Source of the DNA: Eledone cirrhosa
Taxonomy: Eukaryota
DNA: 64,000 nucleotides
Direction of reading: 5' to 3'
Assembly: GCA_964016885.1 (NCBI GenBank)
Contig: OZ024743.1
Span: 361,956,001-362,020,000, forward strand
Below the pieces are notes generated by a model. That model was not told the DNA's origin and made no database searches. It saw nothing but the letters and a program-made list of their open reading frames with translations. Below, piece after piece: positions 42,961 to 58,900 of this stretch. How positions within the stretch are numbered: the stretch's first letter is position 1; each line of letters opens with the position of its first letter. Both the position numbers and the translations under genes were made by a program.

Positions 42961-44949
42961 AAACAATTCTTTTAACTAGTACAGCTGACAGTGGAAACAA
43001 TTGTTATAACTGGTACAGCTGACAGTGGAAACAATTGTTATAACTAGTACAGCTGACAGTGGAAACAATTGTTATAACTAGTACAGCACACAGTGGAAAC
43101 AATTGTTTTAACTAGTACAGCTGACAGTGGAAACAATTGTTTTAACTAGTACAGCTGACAGTGGAAACAATTGTTATAACTGGTACAGCTGACAGTGGAA
43201 ACAATTGTTATAACTAGTACAGCTCACAGTGGAAACAATTGTTATAACTAGTACAGCTCACAGTGGAAACAATTGTTATAACTAGTACATCACACAGTGG
43301 AAACAATTGTTATGACTAGTACAGCTGACAGTGGAAACAATTGTTATAACTAGTACATCACACAGTGGAAACAATTGTTATAACTAGTACAGCTCACAGT
43401 GGAAACAATTGTTATAACTAGTACAGCTCAGAGTGGAAATAATTGTTATAACTAGTACAGCACACAGTGCAAACAATTGTTATGACTAGTACAGCTCACA
43501 GTGGAAATAATTGTTATAACTAGTACAGCACACAGTGGAAACAATTGTTATAACTAGTACAGCACACAGTGCAAACAATTGTTATAACTAGTACAGTACA
43601 CAGTGGAAATAATTGTTATAACTAGTACAGCACACAGTGCAAACAATTGTTATAACTAGTACAGCTCACAGTGCAATCAATTGTTATAACTAGTACAGCT
43701 TACAGTAGAAACAATTGTTATAACTAGTACAGCTGACGGTGGAAACAATTGTTATAACTAGTACAGCTGACAGTGGAAACAATTGTTATAACTAGTACAG
43801 CTCACAGTGGAAACAATTGTTATAACTAGTTCAGCTGACAGTGGAAACAATTGTTATAACTAGTACAGCAGACAGTGGAAACAATTGTTATAACTAGTAA
43901 AGCTCACAGTGCAAACAATTGTTATAACTAGTACAGCACACAGTGGAAACAATTGTTATAACTAGTACAGATCACAGTGCAAACAATTGTTATAACTAGT
44001 ACAGCACACAGTGGAAACAATTGTTATAACTAGTACAGCACACAGTGGAAATAATTGTTATAACTAGTACAGCTCACAGTGCAAACAATTGTTATAACTA
44101 GTACAGCTCACAGTGCAAACAATTGTTATAACTAGTACAGCTCACAGTGCAAACAATTGTTATAACTAGTACAGCTCACAGTGCAAACAATTGTTATAAC
44201 TAGTACAGCTCACAGTGCAAACAATTGTTATAACTAGTACAGCACACAGTGGAAACAATTGTTATAACTAGTACAGCTCACAGTGGAAACAATTGTTATG
44301 ACTAGTACAGCTCACAGTGCAAACAATTGTTATAACTAGTACAGCACACAGTGGAAACAATTGTTATAACAAGTACAACACACAGTGGAAACAATTGTTA
44401 TAACTAGTACAGCTGACAGTGGAAACAATTGTTATAACTAGTACAGCTCACAGTGGAAACAATTGTTATAACTAGTACAGCTGACAGTGGAAACAATTGT
44501 TATAACTAGTACAGCACACAGTGGAAACAATTGTTATAACTAGTACAGCTGACAGTGGAAACAATTGTTATAGCTAGTACAGCACACAGTGCAAACAATT
44601 GTTATAACTAGTACAGCTCACAGTGGAAACAATTGTTATAACTAGTACAGCACACAGTGGAAACAATTGTTATAACTAGTACAGCTCACAGTGGAAACAA
44701 TTGTTATAACTAGTACCGCACACAGTGGAAACAATTGTTATAACTAGTACAGCTCACAGTGGAAACAATTGTTATAACTAGTACAGCACACAGTGGAAAC
44801 AATTGTTATAACTAGTACAGCACACAGTGAAAACAATTGTTATAAATAGTACAGCTCACAGTGGAAACAATTGTTATAACTAGTACCGCACACAGTGGAA
44901 AAAATTGTTATAACTAGTACAGCACACAGTGGAAACAATTGTTATAACT

Positions 44950-47900
44950 AGTACAGCTCACAGTGCAAACAATTGTTATAACTAGTACAGCACACAGTGG
45001 AAACAATTGTTATAACTAGTACAGCACACAATGGAAACAATTGTTATAACTAGTACAGCACACAGTGGAAACAATTGTTATAACTAGTACAGCTCACAGT
45101 GCAAACAATTGTTATAACTAGTACAGCACACAGTGGAAACAATTGTTATAACTAGTACAGCTGACAGTGGAAACAATTGTTATAACTAGTACAGCTGACA
45201 GTGGAAACAATTGTTATAACTAGTACAGCTGACAGTGGAAACAATTGTTATAACTGGTACAGCTGACAGTGGAAACAATTGTTATAACTAGTACAGCACA
45301 CAGTGGAAACAATTGTTATAACTAGTACAGCTGACAGTGGAAACAATTGTTTTAAATAGTACAGCACACAGTGGAAACAATTGTTATGACTAGTACAGCA
45401 CACAAAGCAAACAATTGTTATAACTAGTACAGCTCACAGTGCAAACAATTGTTTTAACTAGTACAGCTCACAGTGCAAACAATTGTTATAACTAGTACAG
45501 CTCACAGTGCAAACAATTGTTATAACTAGTACAGCTCACAGTGCAAACAATTGTTATAACTAGTACAGCACACAGTGGAAACAATTCTTACAACTAGTAA
45601 AGCTCACAGTGCAAACAATTGTTATAACTAGTACAGCTGACAGTGGAAACAATTGTTATAACTAGTACAGCACACAGTGGAAACAATTGTTATAACTAGT
45701 ACAGCTCACAGTGGAAACAATTGTTATAACTAGTACAGCTGACAGTGGAAACAATTGTTATAACTAGTACAGCACACAGTGCAAACAATTTTTATAACTA
45801 GTACAGCTCACAGTGGAAACAATTGTTATAACTTGTGCAGCACACAGTGGAAACAATTGTTATAACTAGTACAGCTCACAGTGGAAACAATTGTTATAAC
45901 TAGTACAGCACACAGTGGAAACAATTGTTATAATTAGTACAGCACACAGTGCAAACAATTGTTATAACTAGTACAGCTGACAGTGGAAACAATTGTTATA
46001 ACTAGTACAGCACACAGTGGAAACAATTGTTATAATTAGTACAGCACACAGTGCAAACAATTGTTATAACTGGTACAGCTCACAGTGGAAACAATTGTTA
46101 TAACTAGTACAGCACACAGTGGAAACAATTGTTATAACTAGTACAGCTGACAGTGGAAACAATTGTTATAACTAGTACAGCACACAGTGGAAACAATTGT
46201 TATAACTAGTACAGCTGACAGTGGAAACAATTGTTATAACTAGTACAGCTGACAGTGGAAACAATTGTTATAACTGGTACAGCTCACAGTGGAAACAATT
46301 GTTATAACTAGTACAGCTCACAGTGGAAACAATTGTTATAACTAGTACAGCTGACAGTGGAAACAATTGTTATAACTAGTACAGCTGACAGTGGAAACAA
46401 TTGTTATAACTATTACATCTGACAGTGGAAACAATTGTTATAACTAGTACAGCACACAGTGGAAACAATTGTTATAACTAGTACAGCACACAGTGCAAAC
46501 AATTGTTATAACTGGTACAGCTCACAGTGGAAACAATTGTTATAACTAGTACAGCACACAGTGCAAACAATTGTTATAAGTAGTACAGCTCACAGTGGAA
46601 ACAATTGTTATAACTAGTACAGCACACAGTGGAAACAATTGTTATAACTAGTACAGCTGACAGTGGAAACAATTTTTATAACTAGTACAGCACACAGTGG
46701 AAACAATTGTTATAACTAGTACAGCACACAGTGCAAACAATTGTTATAAGTAGTACAGCTCACAGTGGAAACAATTGTTATAACTAGTACAGCACACAGT
46801 GGAAACAATTGTTATAAGTAGTACAGCACACAGTGCAAACAATTGTTATAAGTAGTACAGCTCACAGTGGAAACAATTGTTATAACTAGTACAGCACACA
46901 GTGGAAACAATTGTTATAACTAGTACAGCTGACAGTGGAAACAATTGTTATAACTAGTACAGCACACAGTGGAAACAATTGTTATAACTAGTACAGCACA
47001 CAGTGCAAACAATTGTTATAAGTAGTACAGCCCACAGTGGAAACAATTGTTATAACTAGTACAGCACATAGTGGAAACAATTGTTATAACTAGTACAGCT
47101 GACAGTGGAAACAATTGTTATAACTAGTACAGCTGACAGTGGAAACAATTGTTATAACTAGTACAGCACACAGTGGAAACAATTGTTATAACTAGTACAG
47201 CTGACAGTGGAAACAATTGTTATAACTAGTACAGCACACAGTGGAAACAATTGTTATAACTAGTACAGCACACAGTGCAAACAATTGTTATAACTAGTAC
47301 AGCTCACAGTGCAAATAATTGTTATAACTAGTACAGCTCACAGTGGAAACAATTGTTATAACTAGTACAGCTGACAGTGGAAACAATTGTTATAACTAGT
47401 ACAGCTGACAGTGGAAACATTTGTTATAACTATTACATCTGACAGTGGAAACAATTGTTATAACTAGTACAGCACACAGTGGAAACAATTGTTATAACTA
47501 GTACAGCTGACAGTGGAAACAATTGTTATAACTAGTACAGCTGACAGTGGAAACAATTGTTATAACTAGTACAGCTGACAGTGGAAACAATTGTTATAAC
47601 TAGTACAGCACACAATGGAAACAAATTGTTATAACTAGTACAGCTCACAGTGCAAACAATTGTTATAACTAGTACAGCACACAGTGGAAACAATTGTTAT
47701 AACTAGTACAGCTCACAGTGCAAACAATTGTTATAACTAGTACAGCACACAGTGGAAACAATTGTTATAACTAGTACAGCTCACAGTGCAAACAATAGTT
47801 ATAATTAGTACAGCACACAGTGGAAACAATTGTTATAACTAGTACAGCTCACAGTGCAAACAATTGTTATAATTAGTACAGCACACAGTGGAAACAATTG

Positions 47901-50900
47901 TTATAACTAGTACAGCTCACAGTGCAAACAATTGTTATAACTAGTACAGCACACAGTGGAAACAATTGTTATAACTAGTACAGCACACAGTGCAAACAAT
48001 TGTTATAATTAGTACAGCACACAGTGGAAACAATTGTTATAACTAGTACAGCACACAGTGGAAACAATTGTTATAACTAGTACAGCTCACAGTGCAAACA
48101 ATAGTTATAATTAGTACAGCACACAGTGGAAACAATTGTTATAACTAGTACAGCTCACAGTGCAAACAATTGTTATAACTGGTACAGCACACAGTGCAAA
48201 CAATTGTTATAACTAGTACAGCACACAGTGCAAACAATTGTTATAACTGGTACAGCACACAGTGCAAACAATTGTTATAACTGGTACAGCACACAGTGCA
48301 AACAATTGTTATAACTAGTACAGCACACAGTGCAAACAATTGTTATAATTAGTACAGCACACAGTGGAAACAATTGTTATAACTAGTACAGCACACAGTG
48401 CAAACAATTGTTATAACTGGTACAGCACACAGTGCAAACAATTGTTATAACTAGTACAGCTGACAGTGCAAACAATTGTTATAACTAGTACAGCACACAG
48501 TGGAAACAATTGTTATAACTAGTACAGCTGACAGTGGAAACAATTGTTATAACTAGTACAGCTGACAGTGGAAACAATTGTTATAACTAGTACAGCACAC
48601 AGTGGAAACAATTGTTATAACTAGTACAGCTGACAGTGGAAACAATTGTTATAACTAGTACAGCACACAGTGCAAACAATTGTTATAACTAGTACAGCAC
48701 ACAGTGCAAACAATTGTTATAACTGGTACAGCACACAGTGGAAACAATTGTTATAACTGGTACAGCACACAGTGCAAACAATTGTTATAGCTAGTACAGC
48801 ACACAGTGCAAACATTTGTTATAACTGGTACAGCACACAGTGCAAACAATTGTTATAGCTAGTACAGCACACAGTGCAAACAATTGTTATAGCTAGTACA
48901 GCACACAGTGCAAACAATTGTTATAGCTAGTACAGCACACAGTGCAAACAATTGTTATAACTGGTACAGCACACAGTGCAAACAATTGTTATAACTGGTA
49001 CAGCACACAGTGCAAACAATTGTTATAACTAGTACAGCTCACAGTGCAAACAATTGTTATAACTAGTACAGCTCACAGTGCAAACAATTGTTATAACTAG
49101 TACAGCTGACAGTGGAAACAATTGTTATAACTAGTACAGCACACAATGGAAACAAATTGTTATAACTAGTACAGCTCACAGTGCAAACAATTGTTATAAC
49201 TAGTACAGCACACAGTGGAAACAATTGTTATAACTAGTACAGCTCACAGTGCAAACAATTGTTATAACTAGTACAGCACACAGTGGAAACAATTGTTATA
49301 ACTAGTACAGCTCACAGTGCAAACAATAGTTATAATTAGTACAGCACACAGTGGAAACAATTGTTATAACTAGTACAGCTCACAGTGCAAACAATTGTTA
49401 TAATTAGTACAGCACACAGTGGAAACAATTGTTATAACTAGTACAGCTCACAGTGCAAACAATTGTTATAACTAGTACAGCACACAGTGGAAACAATTGT
49501 TATAACTAGTACAGCACACAGTGCAAACAATTGTTATAATTAGTACAGCACACAGTGGAAACAATTGTTATAACTAGTACAGCACACAGTGGAAACAATT
49601 GTTATAACTAGTACAGCTCACAGTGCAAACAATAGTTATAATTAGTACAGCACACAGTGGAAACAATTGTTATAACTAGTACAGCTCACAGTGCAAACAA
49701 TTGTTATAACTGGTACAGCACACAGTGCAAACAATTGTTATAACTAGTACAGCACACAGTGCAAACAATTGTTATAACTGGTACAGCACACAGTGCAAAC
49801 AATTGTTATAACTGGTACAGCACACAGTGCAAACAATTGTTATAACTAGTACAGCACACAGTGCAAACAATTGTTATAATTAGTACAGCACACAGTGGAA
49901 ACAATTGTTATAACTAGTACAGCACACAGTGCAAACAATTGTTATAACTGGTACAGCACACAGTGCAAACAATTGTTATAACTAGTACAGCTGACAGTGC
50001 AAACAATTGTTATAACTAGTACAGCACACAGTGGAAACAATTGTTATAACTAGTACAGCTGACAGTGGAAACAATTGTTATAACTAGTACAGCTGACAGT
50101 GGAAACAATTGTTATAACTAGTACAGCACACAGTGGAAACAATTGTTATAACTAGTACAGCTGACAGTGGAAACAATTGTTATAACTAGTACAGCACACA
50201 GTGCAAACAATTGTTATAACTAGTACAGCACACAGTGCAAACAATTGTTATAACTGGTACAGCACACAGTGGAAACAATTGTTATAACTGGTACAGCACA
50301 CAGTGCAAACAATTGTTATAGCTAGTACAGCACACAGTGCAAACAATTGTTATAACTGGTACAGCACACAGTGCAAACAATTGTTATAGCTAGTACAGCA
50401 CACAGTGCAAACAATTGTTATAGCTAGTACAGCACACAGTGCAAACAATTGTTATAGCTAGTACAGCACACAGTGCAAACAATTGTTATAACTGGTACAG
50501 CACACAGTGCAAACAATTGTTATAACTGGTACAGCACACAGTGCAAACAATTGTTATAACTAGTACAGCTCACAGTGCAAACAATTGTTATAACTAGTAC
50601 AGCTCACAGTGCAAACAATTGTTATAACTAGTACAGCTGACAGTGCAAACAATTGTTATAGCTAGTACAGCTCACAGTGGAAACAATTGTTATAACTAGT
50701 ACAGCACACAGTGCAAACAATTGTTATAAGTAGTACAGCTCACAGTGGAAACAATTGTTATAACTAGTACAGCACACAGTGGAAACAATTGTTATAAGTA
50801 GTACAGCACACAGTGCAAACAATTGTTATAAGTAGTACAGCTCACAGTGGAAACAATTGTTATAACTAGTACAGCACACAGTGGAAACAATTGTTATAAC

Positions 50901-53900
50901 TAGTACAGCTGACAGTGGAAACAATTGTTATAACTAGTACAGCACACAGTGGAAACAATTGTTATAACTAGTACAGCACACAGTGCAAACAATTGTTATA
51001 AGTAGTACAGCCCACAGTGGAAACAATTGTTATAACTAGTACAGCACATAGTGGAAACAATTGTTATAACTAGTACAGCTGACAGTGGAAACAATTGTTA
51101 TAACTAGTACAGCTGACAGTGGAAACAATTGTTATAACTAGTACAGCACACAGTGGAAACAATTGTTATAACTAGTACAGCTGACAGTGGAAACAATTGT
51201 TATAACTAGTACAGCACACAGTGGAAACAATTGTTATAACTAGTACAGCACACAGTGCAAACAATTGTTATAACTAGTACAGCTCACAGTGCAAATAATT
51301 GTTATAACTAGTACAGCTCACAGTGGAAACAATTGTTATAACTAGTACAGCTGACAGTGGAAACAATTGTTATAACTAGTACAGCTGACAGTGGAAACAT
51401 TTGTTATAACTATTACATCTGACAGTGGAAACAATTGTTATAACTAGTACAGCACACAGTGGAAACAATTGTTATAACTAGTACAGCTGACAGTGGAAAC
51501 AATTGTTATAACTAGTACAGCTGACAGTGGAAACAATTGTTATAACTAGTACAGCTGACAGTGGAAACAATTGTTATAACTAGTACAGCACACAATGGAA
51601 ACAAATTGTTATAACTAGTACAGCTCACAGTGCAAACAATTGTTATAACTAGTACAGCACACAGTGGAAACAATTGTTATAACTAGTACAGCTCACAGTG
51701 CAAACAATTGTTATAACTAGTACAGCACACAGTGGAAACAATTGTTATAACTAGTACAGCTCACAGTGCAAACAATAGTTATAATTAGTACAGCACACAG
51801 TGGAAACAATTGTTATAACTAGTACAGCTCACAGTGCAAACAATTGTTATAATTAGTACAGCACACAGTGGAAACAATTGTTATAACTAGTACAGCTCAC
51901 AGTGCAAACAATTGTTATAACTAGTACAGCACACAGTGGAAACAATTGTTATAACTAGTACAGCACACAGTGCAAACAATTGTTATAATTAGTACAGCAC
52001 ACAGTGGAAACAATTGTTATAACTAGTACAGCACACAGTGGAAACAATTGTTATAACTAGTACAGCTCACAGTGCAAACAATAGTTATAATTAGTACAGC
52101 ACACAGTGGAAACAATTGTTATAACTAGTACAGCTCACAGTGCAAACAATTGTTATAACTGGTACAGCACACAGTGCAAACAATTGTTATAACTAGTACA
52201 GCACACAGTGCAAACAATTGTTATAACTGGTACAGCACACAGTGCAAACAATTGTTATAACTGGTACAGCACACAGTGCAAACAATTGTTATAACTAGTA
52301 CAGCACACAGTGCAAACAATTGTTATAATTAGTACAGCACACAGTGGAAACAATTGTTATAACTAGTACAGCACACAGTGCAAACAATTGTTATAACTGG
52401 TACAGCACACAGTGCAAACAATTGTTATAACTAGTACAGCTGACAGTGCAAACAATTGTTATAACTAGTACAGCACACAGTGGAAACAATTGTTATAACT
52501 AGTACAGCTGACAGTGGAAACAATTGTTATAACTAGTACAGCTGACAGTGGAAACAATTGTTATAACTAGTACAGCACACAGTGGAAACAATTGTTATAA
52601 CTAGTACAGCTGACAGTGGAAACAATTGTTATAACTAGTACAGCACACAGTGCAAACAATTGTTATAACTAGTACAGCACACAGTGCAAACAATTGTTAT
52701 AACTGGTACAGCACACAGTGGAAACAATTGTTATAACTGGTACAGCACACAGTGCAAACAATTGTTATAGCTAGTACAGCACACAGTGCAAACAATTGTT
52801 ATAACTGGTACAGCACACAGTGCAAACAATTGTTATAGCTAGTACAGCACACAGTGCAAACAATTGTTATAGCTAGTACAGCACACAGTGCAAACAATTG
52901 TTATAGCTAGTACAGCACACAGTGCAAACAATTGTTATAACTGGTACAGCACACAGTGCAAACAATTGTTATAACTGGTACAGAACACAGTGCAAACAAT
53001 TGTTATAACTAGTACAGCTCACAGTGCAAACAATTGTTATAACTAGTACAGCTCACAGTGCAAACAATTGTTATAACTAGTACAGCTGACAGTGCAAACA
53101 ATTGTTATAGCTAGTACAGCTCACAGTGCAAACAATTGTTATAACTAGCACAGCACACAGTGCAAACAATTGTTATAACTAGTACAGCACACAGTGGAAA
53201 CAATTGTTATAGCTAGTACAGCACACAGTGGAAACAATTGTTATAAATAGTACAGCACACAGTGGAAATAATTGTTATAACTAGTACAGCACACAGTGCA
53301 AACAATTGTTATAACTAGTACAGCTCACAGTGCAAACAATTGTTATAACTGGTACAGCACACAGTGGAAACAATTGTTATAACTAGTACAGCTGACAGTG
53401 GAAACAATTGTTATAAATAGTACAGCACACAGTGGAAACAATTGTTATAACTAGTACAGCACACAGTGCAAACAATTGTTATAGCTAGTACAGCTCACAG
53501 TGCAAACAATTGTTATAACTAGCACAGCACACAGTGCAAACAATTGTTATAACTAGCACAGCACACAGTGCAAACAATTGTTATAACTAGCACAGCACAC
53601 AGTGGAAACAATTGTTTTAACTAGTACAGCTCACAGTGGAAACAATTGTTATAACTAGTACAGCTCACAGTGGAAACAATTGTTATGACTAGTACAGCTC
53701 ACAGTGGAAACAATTGTTATAACTAGTACAGCACACAGTGGAAACAATTGTTATAACTAGTACAGCAAACAGTGGAAACAATTGTTATAACTAGCACATC
53801 ACACAGGGGAAACAATTGTTATAATTAGTACAGCACACAGTGGAAACAATTGTTATAACTAGTACAGCTGACAGTGGAAACAGTTGTTATAACTAGTACA

Positions 53901-56900
53901 GCACACAGTGGAAACAATTGTTATAACTAGTACAGCTGACAGTGGAAACAATTGTTATAACTGGTACAGCTCACAGTGGAAACAATTGTTATAAGTAGTA
54001 CCGCACACAGTGGAAACAATTGTTATAACTAGTACAGCACACAGTGGAAACAATTGTTATAACTAGTACAGCACACAGTGGAAACAATTGTTATAACTAG
54101 TACAGCACACAGTGGAAACAATTGTTATAACTAGTACAGCACACAGTGGAAACAATTGTTATAACTAGTACAGCACACAGTGGAAACAATTGTTATAACT
54201 CGTACAGCTGACAGTGGAAACAATTGTTATAACTAGTACAGCTGACAGTGGAAACAATTGTTATAACTAGTACAGCACACAATGGAAACAAATTGTTATA
54301 ACTAGTACAGCTCACAGTGCAAACAATTGTTATAACTAGTACAGCACACAGTGGAAACAATTGTTATAACTAGTACAGCTCACAGTGCAAACAATTGTTA
54401 TAACTAGTACAGCACACAGTGGAAACAATTGTTATAACTAGTACAGCACACAGTGCAAACAATTGTTATAATTAGTACAGCACACAGTGGAAACAATTGT
54501 TATAACTAGTACAGCACACAGTGCAAACAATTTTTATGACTAGTACAGCACACAGTGCAAACAATTGTTATAACTAGCACAGCACACAGTGGAAACAATT
54601 GTTTTAACTAGTACAGCTCACAGTGGAAACAATTGTTATAACTAGTACAGCTCACAGTGGAAACAATTGTTATGACTAGTACAGCTCACAGTGGAAACAA
54701 TTGTTATAACTAGTACAGCAAACAGTGGAAACAATTGTTATAACTAGCACATCACACAGGGGAAACAATTGTTATAATTAGTACAGCACACAGTGGAAAC
54801 AATTGTTATAACTAGTACAGCACACAGTGGAAACAATTGTTATAACTAGTACAGCACACAGTGGAAACAATTGTTATAACTAGTACAGCTCACAGTGGAA
54901 ACAATTGTTATAACTAGTACAGCTGACAGTGGAAACAATTGTTATAACTAGTACAGCTGACAGTGGAAACAATTGTTATAACTAGTACAGCACACAGTGG
55001 AAACAATTGTTATAACTAGTACAGCACACAGTGGAAACAATTGTTATAACTAGTACAGCACACAGTGGAAACAATTGTTATAACTAGTACAGCTGACAGA
55101 GGAAACAATTGTTATAACTAGTACAGATGACAGTGGAAACAATTGTTATAACTAGTACAGCTGACAGTGGAAACAATTGTTATAACTGGTACAGCACACA
55201 GTGGAAACAATTGTTATAACTAGTACAGCTGACAGTGGAAACAATTGTTATAACTAGTACAGCACACAGTGGAAACAATTGTTATAACTAGTACAGCACA
55301 CAGTGCAAACAATTGTTATAACTAGTACAGCTCACAGTGCAAATAATTGTTATAACTAGTACAGCTCACAGTGGAAACAATTGTTATAACTAGTACAGCT
55401 GACTGTGGAAACAATTGTTATAACTAGTACAGCACACAGTGGAAACAATTGTTATAACTAGTACAGCACACAGTGCAAACAATTGTTATAACTAGTACAG
55501 CTCACAGTGCAAACAATTGTTATAACTAGTACAGATCACAGTGGAAACAATTGTTATAACTAGTACAGCTGACAGTGGAAACATTTGTTATAACTAGTAC
55601 AGCTGACAGTGGAAACAATTTTTATAACTAGTACAGTACACAGTGGAAATAATTGTTATAACTAGTACAGCACACAGTGCAAACAATTGTTATAACTAGT
55701 ACAGCTTACAGTGGAAACAATTGTTATAAATAGTACAGCTCACAGTGCAAACAATTGTTATAACTAGTACAGCACACAGTGGAAACAATTGTTATAAATA
55801 GTACAGCTGACAGTGGAAACAATTGTTATAACTAGTACAGCACACGGTGCAAACAATTTTTATAACTAGTACAGCACACAGTGCAAACAATTGTTATAAC
55901 TGGCACAGCACACAGTGGAAACAATTGTTATAACTAGTACAGCTGACAGTGGAAACAATTGTTATAACTAGTACAGCACACAGTGCAAACAATTTTTATA
56001 ACTAGTACAGCTCACAGTGGAAACAATTGTTATAACTAGTACAGCACACAGTGCAAACAATTGTTATAACTGGCACAGCACACAGTGGAAACAATTGTTA
56101 TAACTAGTACAGCTCACAGTGCAAACAATTGTTATAACTAGTACAGCACACAGTGGAAACAATTGTTATAACTAGTACAGCACACAATGGAAACAATTGT
56201 TATAACTAGTACAGCACACAGTGGAAACAATTGTTATAACTAGTACAGCTCACAGTGCAAACAATTGTTATAACTAGTACAGCACACAGTGGAAACAATT
56301 GTTATAACTAGTACAGCTGACAGTGGAAACAATTGTTATAACTAGTACAGCTGACAGTGGAAACAATTGTTATAACTAGTACAGCTGACAGTGGAAACAA
56401 TTGTTATAACTGGTACAGCTGACAGTGGAAACAATTGTTATAACTAGTACAGCACACAGTGGAAACAATTGTTATAACTAGTACAGCTGACAGTGGAAAC
56501 AATTGTTTTAAATAGTACAGCACACAGTGGAAACAATTGTTATGACTAGTACAGCACACAAAGCAAACAATTGTTATAACTAGTACAGCTCACAGTGCAA
56601 ACAATTGTTATAACTAGTACAGCTGACAGTGGAAACAATTGTTATAACTAGTACAGCTCACAGTGGAAACAATTGTTATAACTAGTACAGCTCACAGTGG
56701 AAACAATTGTTATAACTAGTACAGCTGACAGTGGAAACAATTGTTATAACTAGTACAGCACACAGTGCAAACAATTTTTATAACTAGTACAGCACACAGT
56801 GCAAACAATTGTTATAACTAGCACAGCACACAGTGGAAACAATTGTTATAACTAGTACAACTCACAGTGGAAACAATTGTTATAACTAGTACAGCTCACA

Positions 56901-58900
56901 GTGGAAACAATTGTTATAACTTGTGCAGCACACAGTGGAAACAATTGTTATAATTAGTACAGCACACAGTGCAAACAATTGTTATAACTAGTACAGCTCA
57001 CAGTGGAAACAATTGTTATAACTAGTACAGTACACAGTGGAAATAATTGTTATAACTAGTACAGCACACAGTGGAAACAATTCTTACAACTAGTAAAGCA
57101 CACAGTGGAAACAATTGTTATAACTAGAACAGCTGACAGTGGAAACAATTGTTATAACTAGTACAGCACACAGTGGAAACAATTGTTATAACTGGTACAG
57201 CTCACAGTGGAAACAATTGTTATAACTAGTACAGCACACAGTGGAAACAATTGTTATAACTAGTACAGCTGACAGTGGAAACAATTGTTATAACTAGTAC
57301 AGCACACAGTGGAAACAATTGTTATAACTAGTACAGCTGACAGTGGAAACAATTGTTATAACTAGTACAGCTGACAGTGGAAACAATTGTTATAACTGGT
57401 ACAGCTCACAGTGGAAACAATTGTTATAACTAGTACAGCTCACAGTGGAAACAATTGTTATAACTAGTACAGCTGACAGTGGAAACAATTGTTATAACTA
57501 GTACAGCTGACAGTGGAAACAATTGTTATAACTATTACATCTGACAGTGGAAACAATTGTTATAACTAGTACAGCACACAGTGGAAACAATTGTTATAAC
57601 TAGTACAGCACACAGTGCAAACAATTGTTATAACTGGTACAGCTCACAGTGGAAACAATTGTTATAACTAGTACAGCACACAGTGCAAACAATTGTTATA
57701 AGTAGTACAGCTCACAGTGGAAACAATTGTTATAACTAGTACAGCACACAGTGGAAACAATTGTTATAACTAGTACAGCTGACAGTGGAAACAATTTTTA
57801 TAACTAGTACAGCACACAGTGGAAACAATTGTTATAACTAGTACAGCACACAGTGCAAACAATTGTTATAAGTAGTACAGCTCACAGTGGAAACAATTGT
57901 TATAACTAGTACAGCACACAGTGGAAACAATTGTTATAAGTAGTACAGCACACATTGCAAACAATTGTTATAAGTAGTACAGCTCACAGTGGAAACAATT
58001 GTTATAACTAGTACAGCACACAGTGGAAACAATTGTTATAACTAGTACAGCTGACAGTGGAAACAATTGTTATAACTAGTACAGCACACAGTGGAAACAA
58101 TTGTTATAACTAGTACAGCACACAGTGCAAACAATTGTTATAAGTAGTACAGCCCACAGTGGAAACAATTGTTATAACTAGTACAGCACATAGTGGAAAC
58201 AATTGTTATAACTAGTACAGCTGACAGTGGAAACAATTGTTATAACTAGTACAGCTGACAGTGGAAACAATTGTTATAACTAGTACAGCACACAGTGGAA
58301 ACAATTGTTATAACTAGTACAGCTGACAGTGGAAACAATTGTTATAACTAGTACAGCACACAGTGGAAACAATTGTTATAACTAGTACAGCACACAGTGC
58401 AAACAATTGTTATAACTAGTACAGCTCACAGTGCAAATAATTGTTATAACTAGTACAGCTCACAGTGGAAACAATTGTTATAACTAGTACAGCTGACAGT
58501 GGAAACAATTGTTATAACTAGTACAGCTGACAGTGGAAACATTTGTTATAACTATTACATCTGACAGTGGAAACAATTGTTATAACTAGTACAGCACACA
58601 GTGGAAACAATTGTTATAACTAGTACACCTGACAGTGGAAACAATTGTTATAACTAGTACAGCTGACAGTGGAAACAATTGTTATAACTAGTACAGCTGA
58701 CAGTGGAAACAATTGTTATAACTAGTACAGCACACAATGGAAACAAATTGTTATAACTAGTACAGCTCACAGTGCAAACAATTGTTATAACTAGTACAGC
58801 ACACAGTGGAAACAATTGTTATAACTAGTACAGCTCACAGTGCAAACAATTGTTATAACTAGTACAGCACACAGTGGAAACAATTGTTATAACTAGTACA
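44950..58900. repeat. Long-range duplication (about 45.0-47.75 kb vs about 56.1-58.9 kb), offset about 11.1 kb
   Basis: CACAAAGC at 45401/56557 (offset 11156); CCCACAG at 47031/58153 and the 35-bp monomer at 47611/58733 (both offset 11122). Confidence 0.82.
46700..53120. repeat. Compound duplication X-Y-Y-X-Y (X about 0.92 kb, Y 1531 bp = 45 monomers plus 1 bp)
   Basis: The 35-bp monomer occurs at 47611/49142/51591 and CCCACAGTGG at 47031/51011 (offset 3980). The same AATAGTTATAATT, ACTGGT and ATAGCT series occurs in all three Y copies. Confidence 0.88.
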
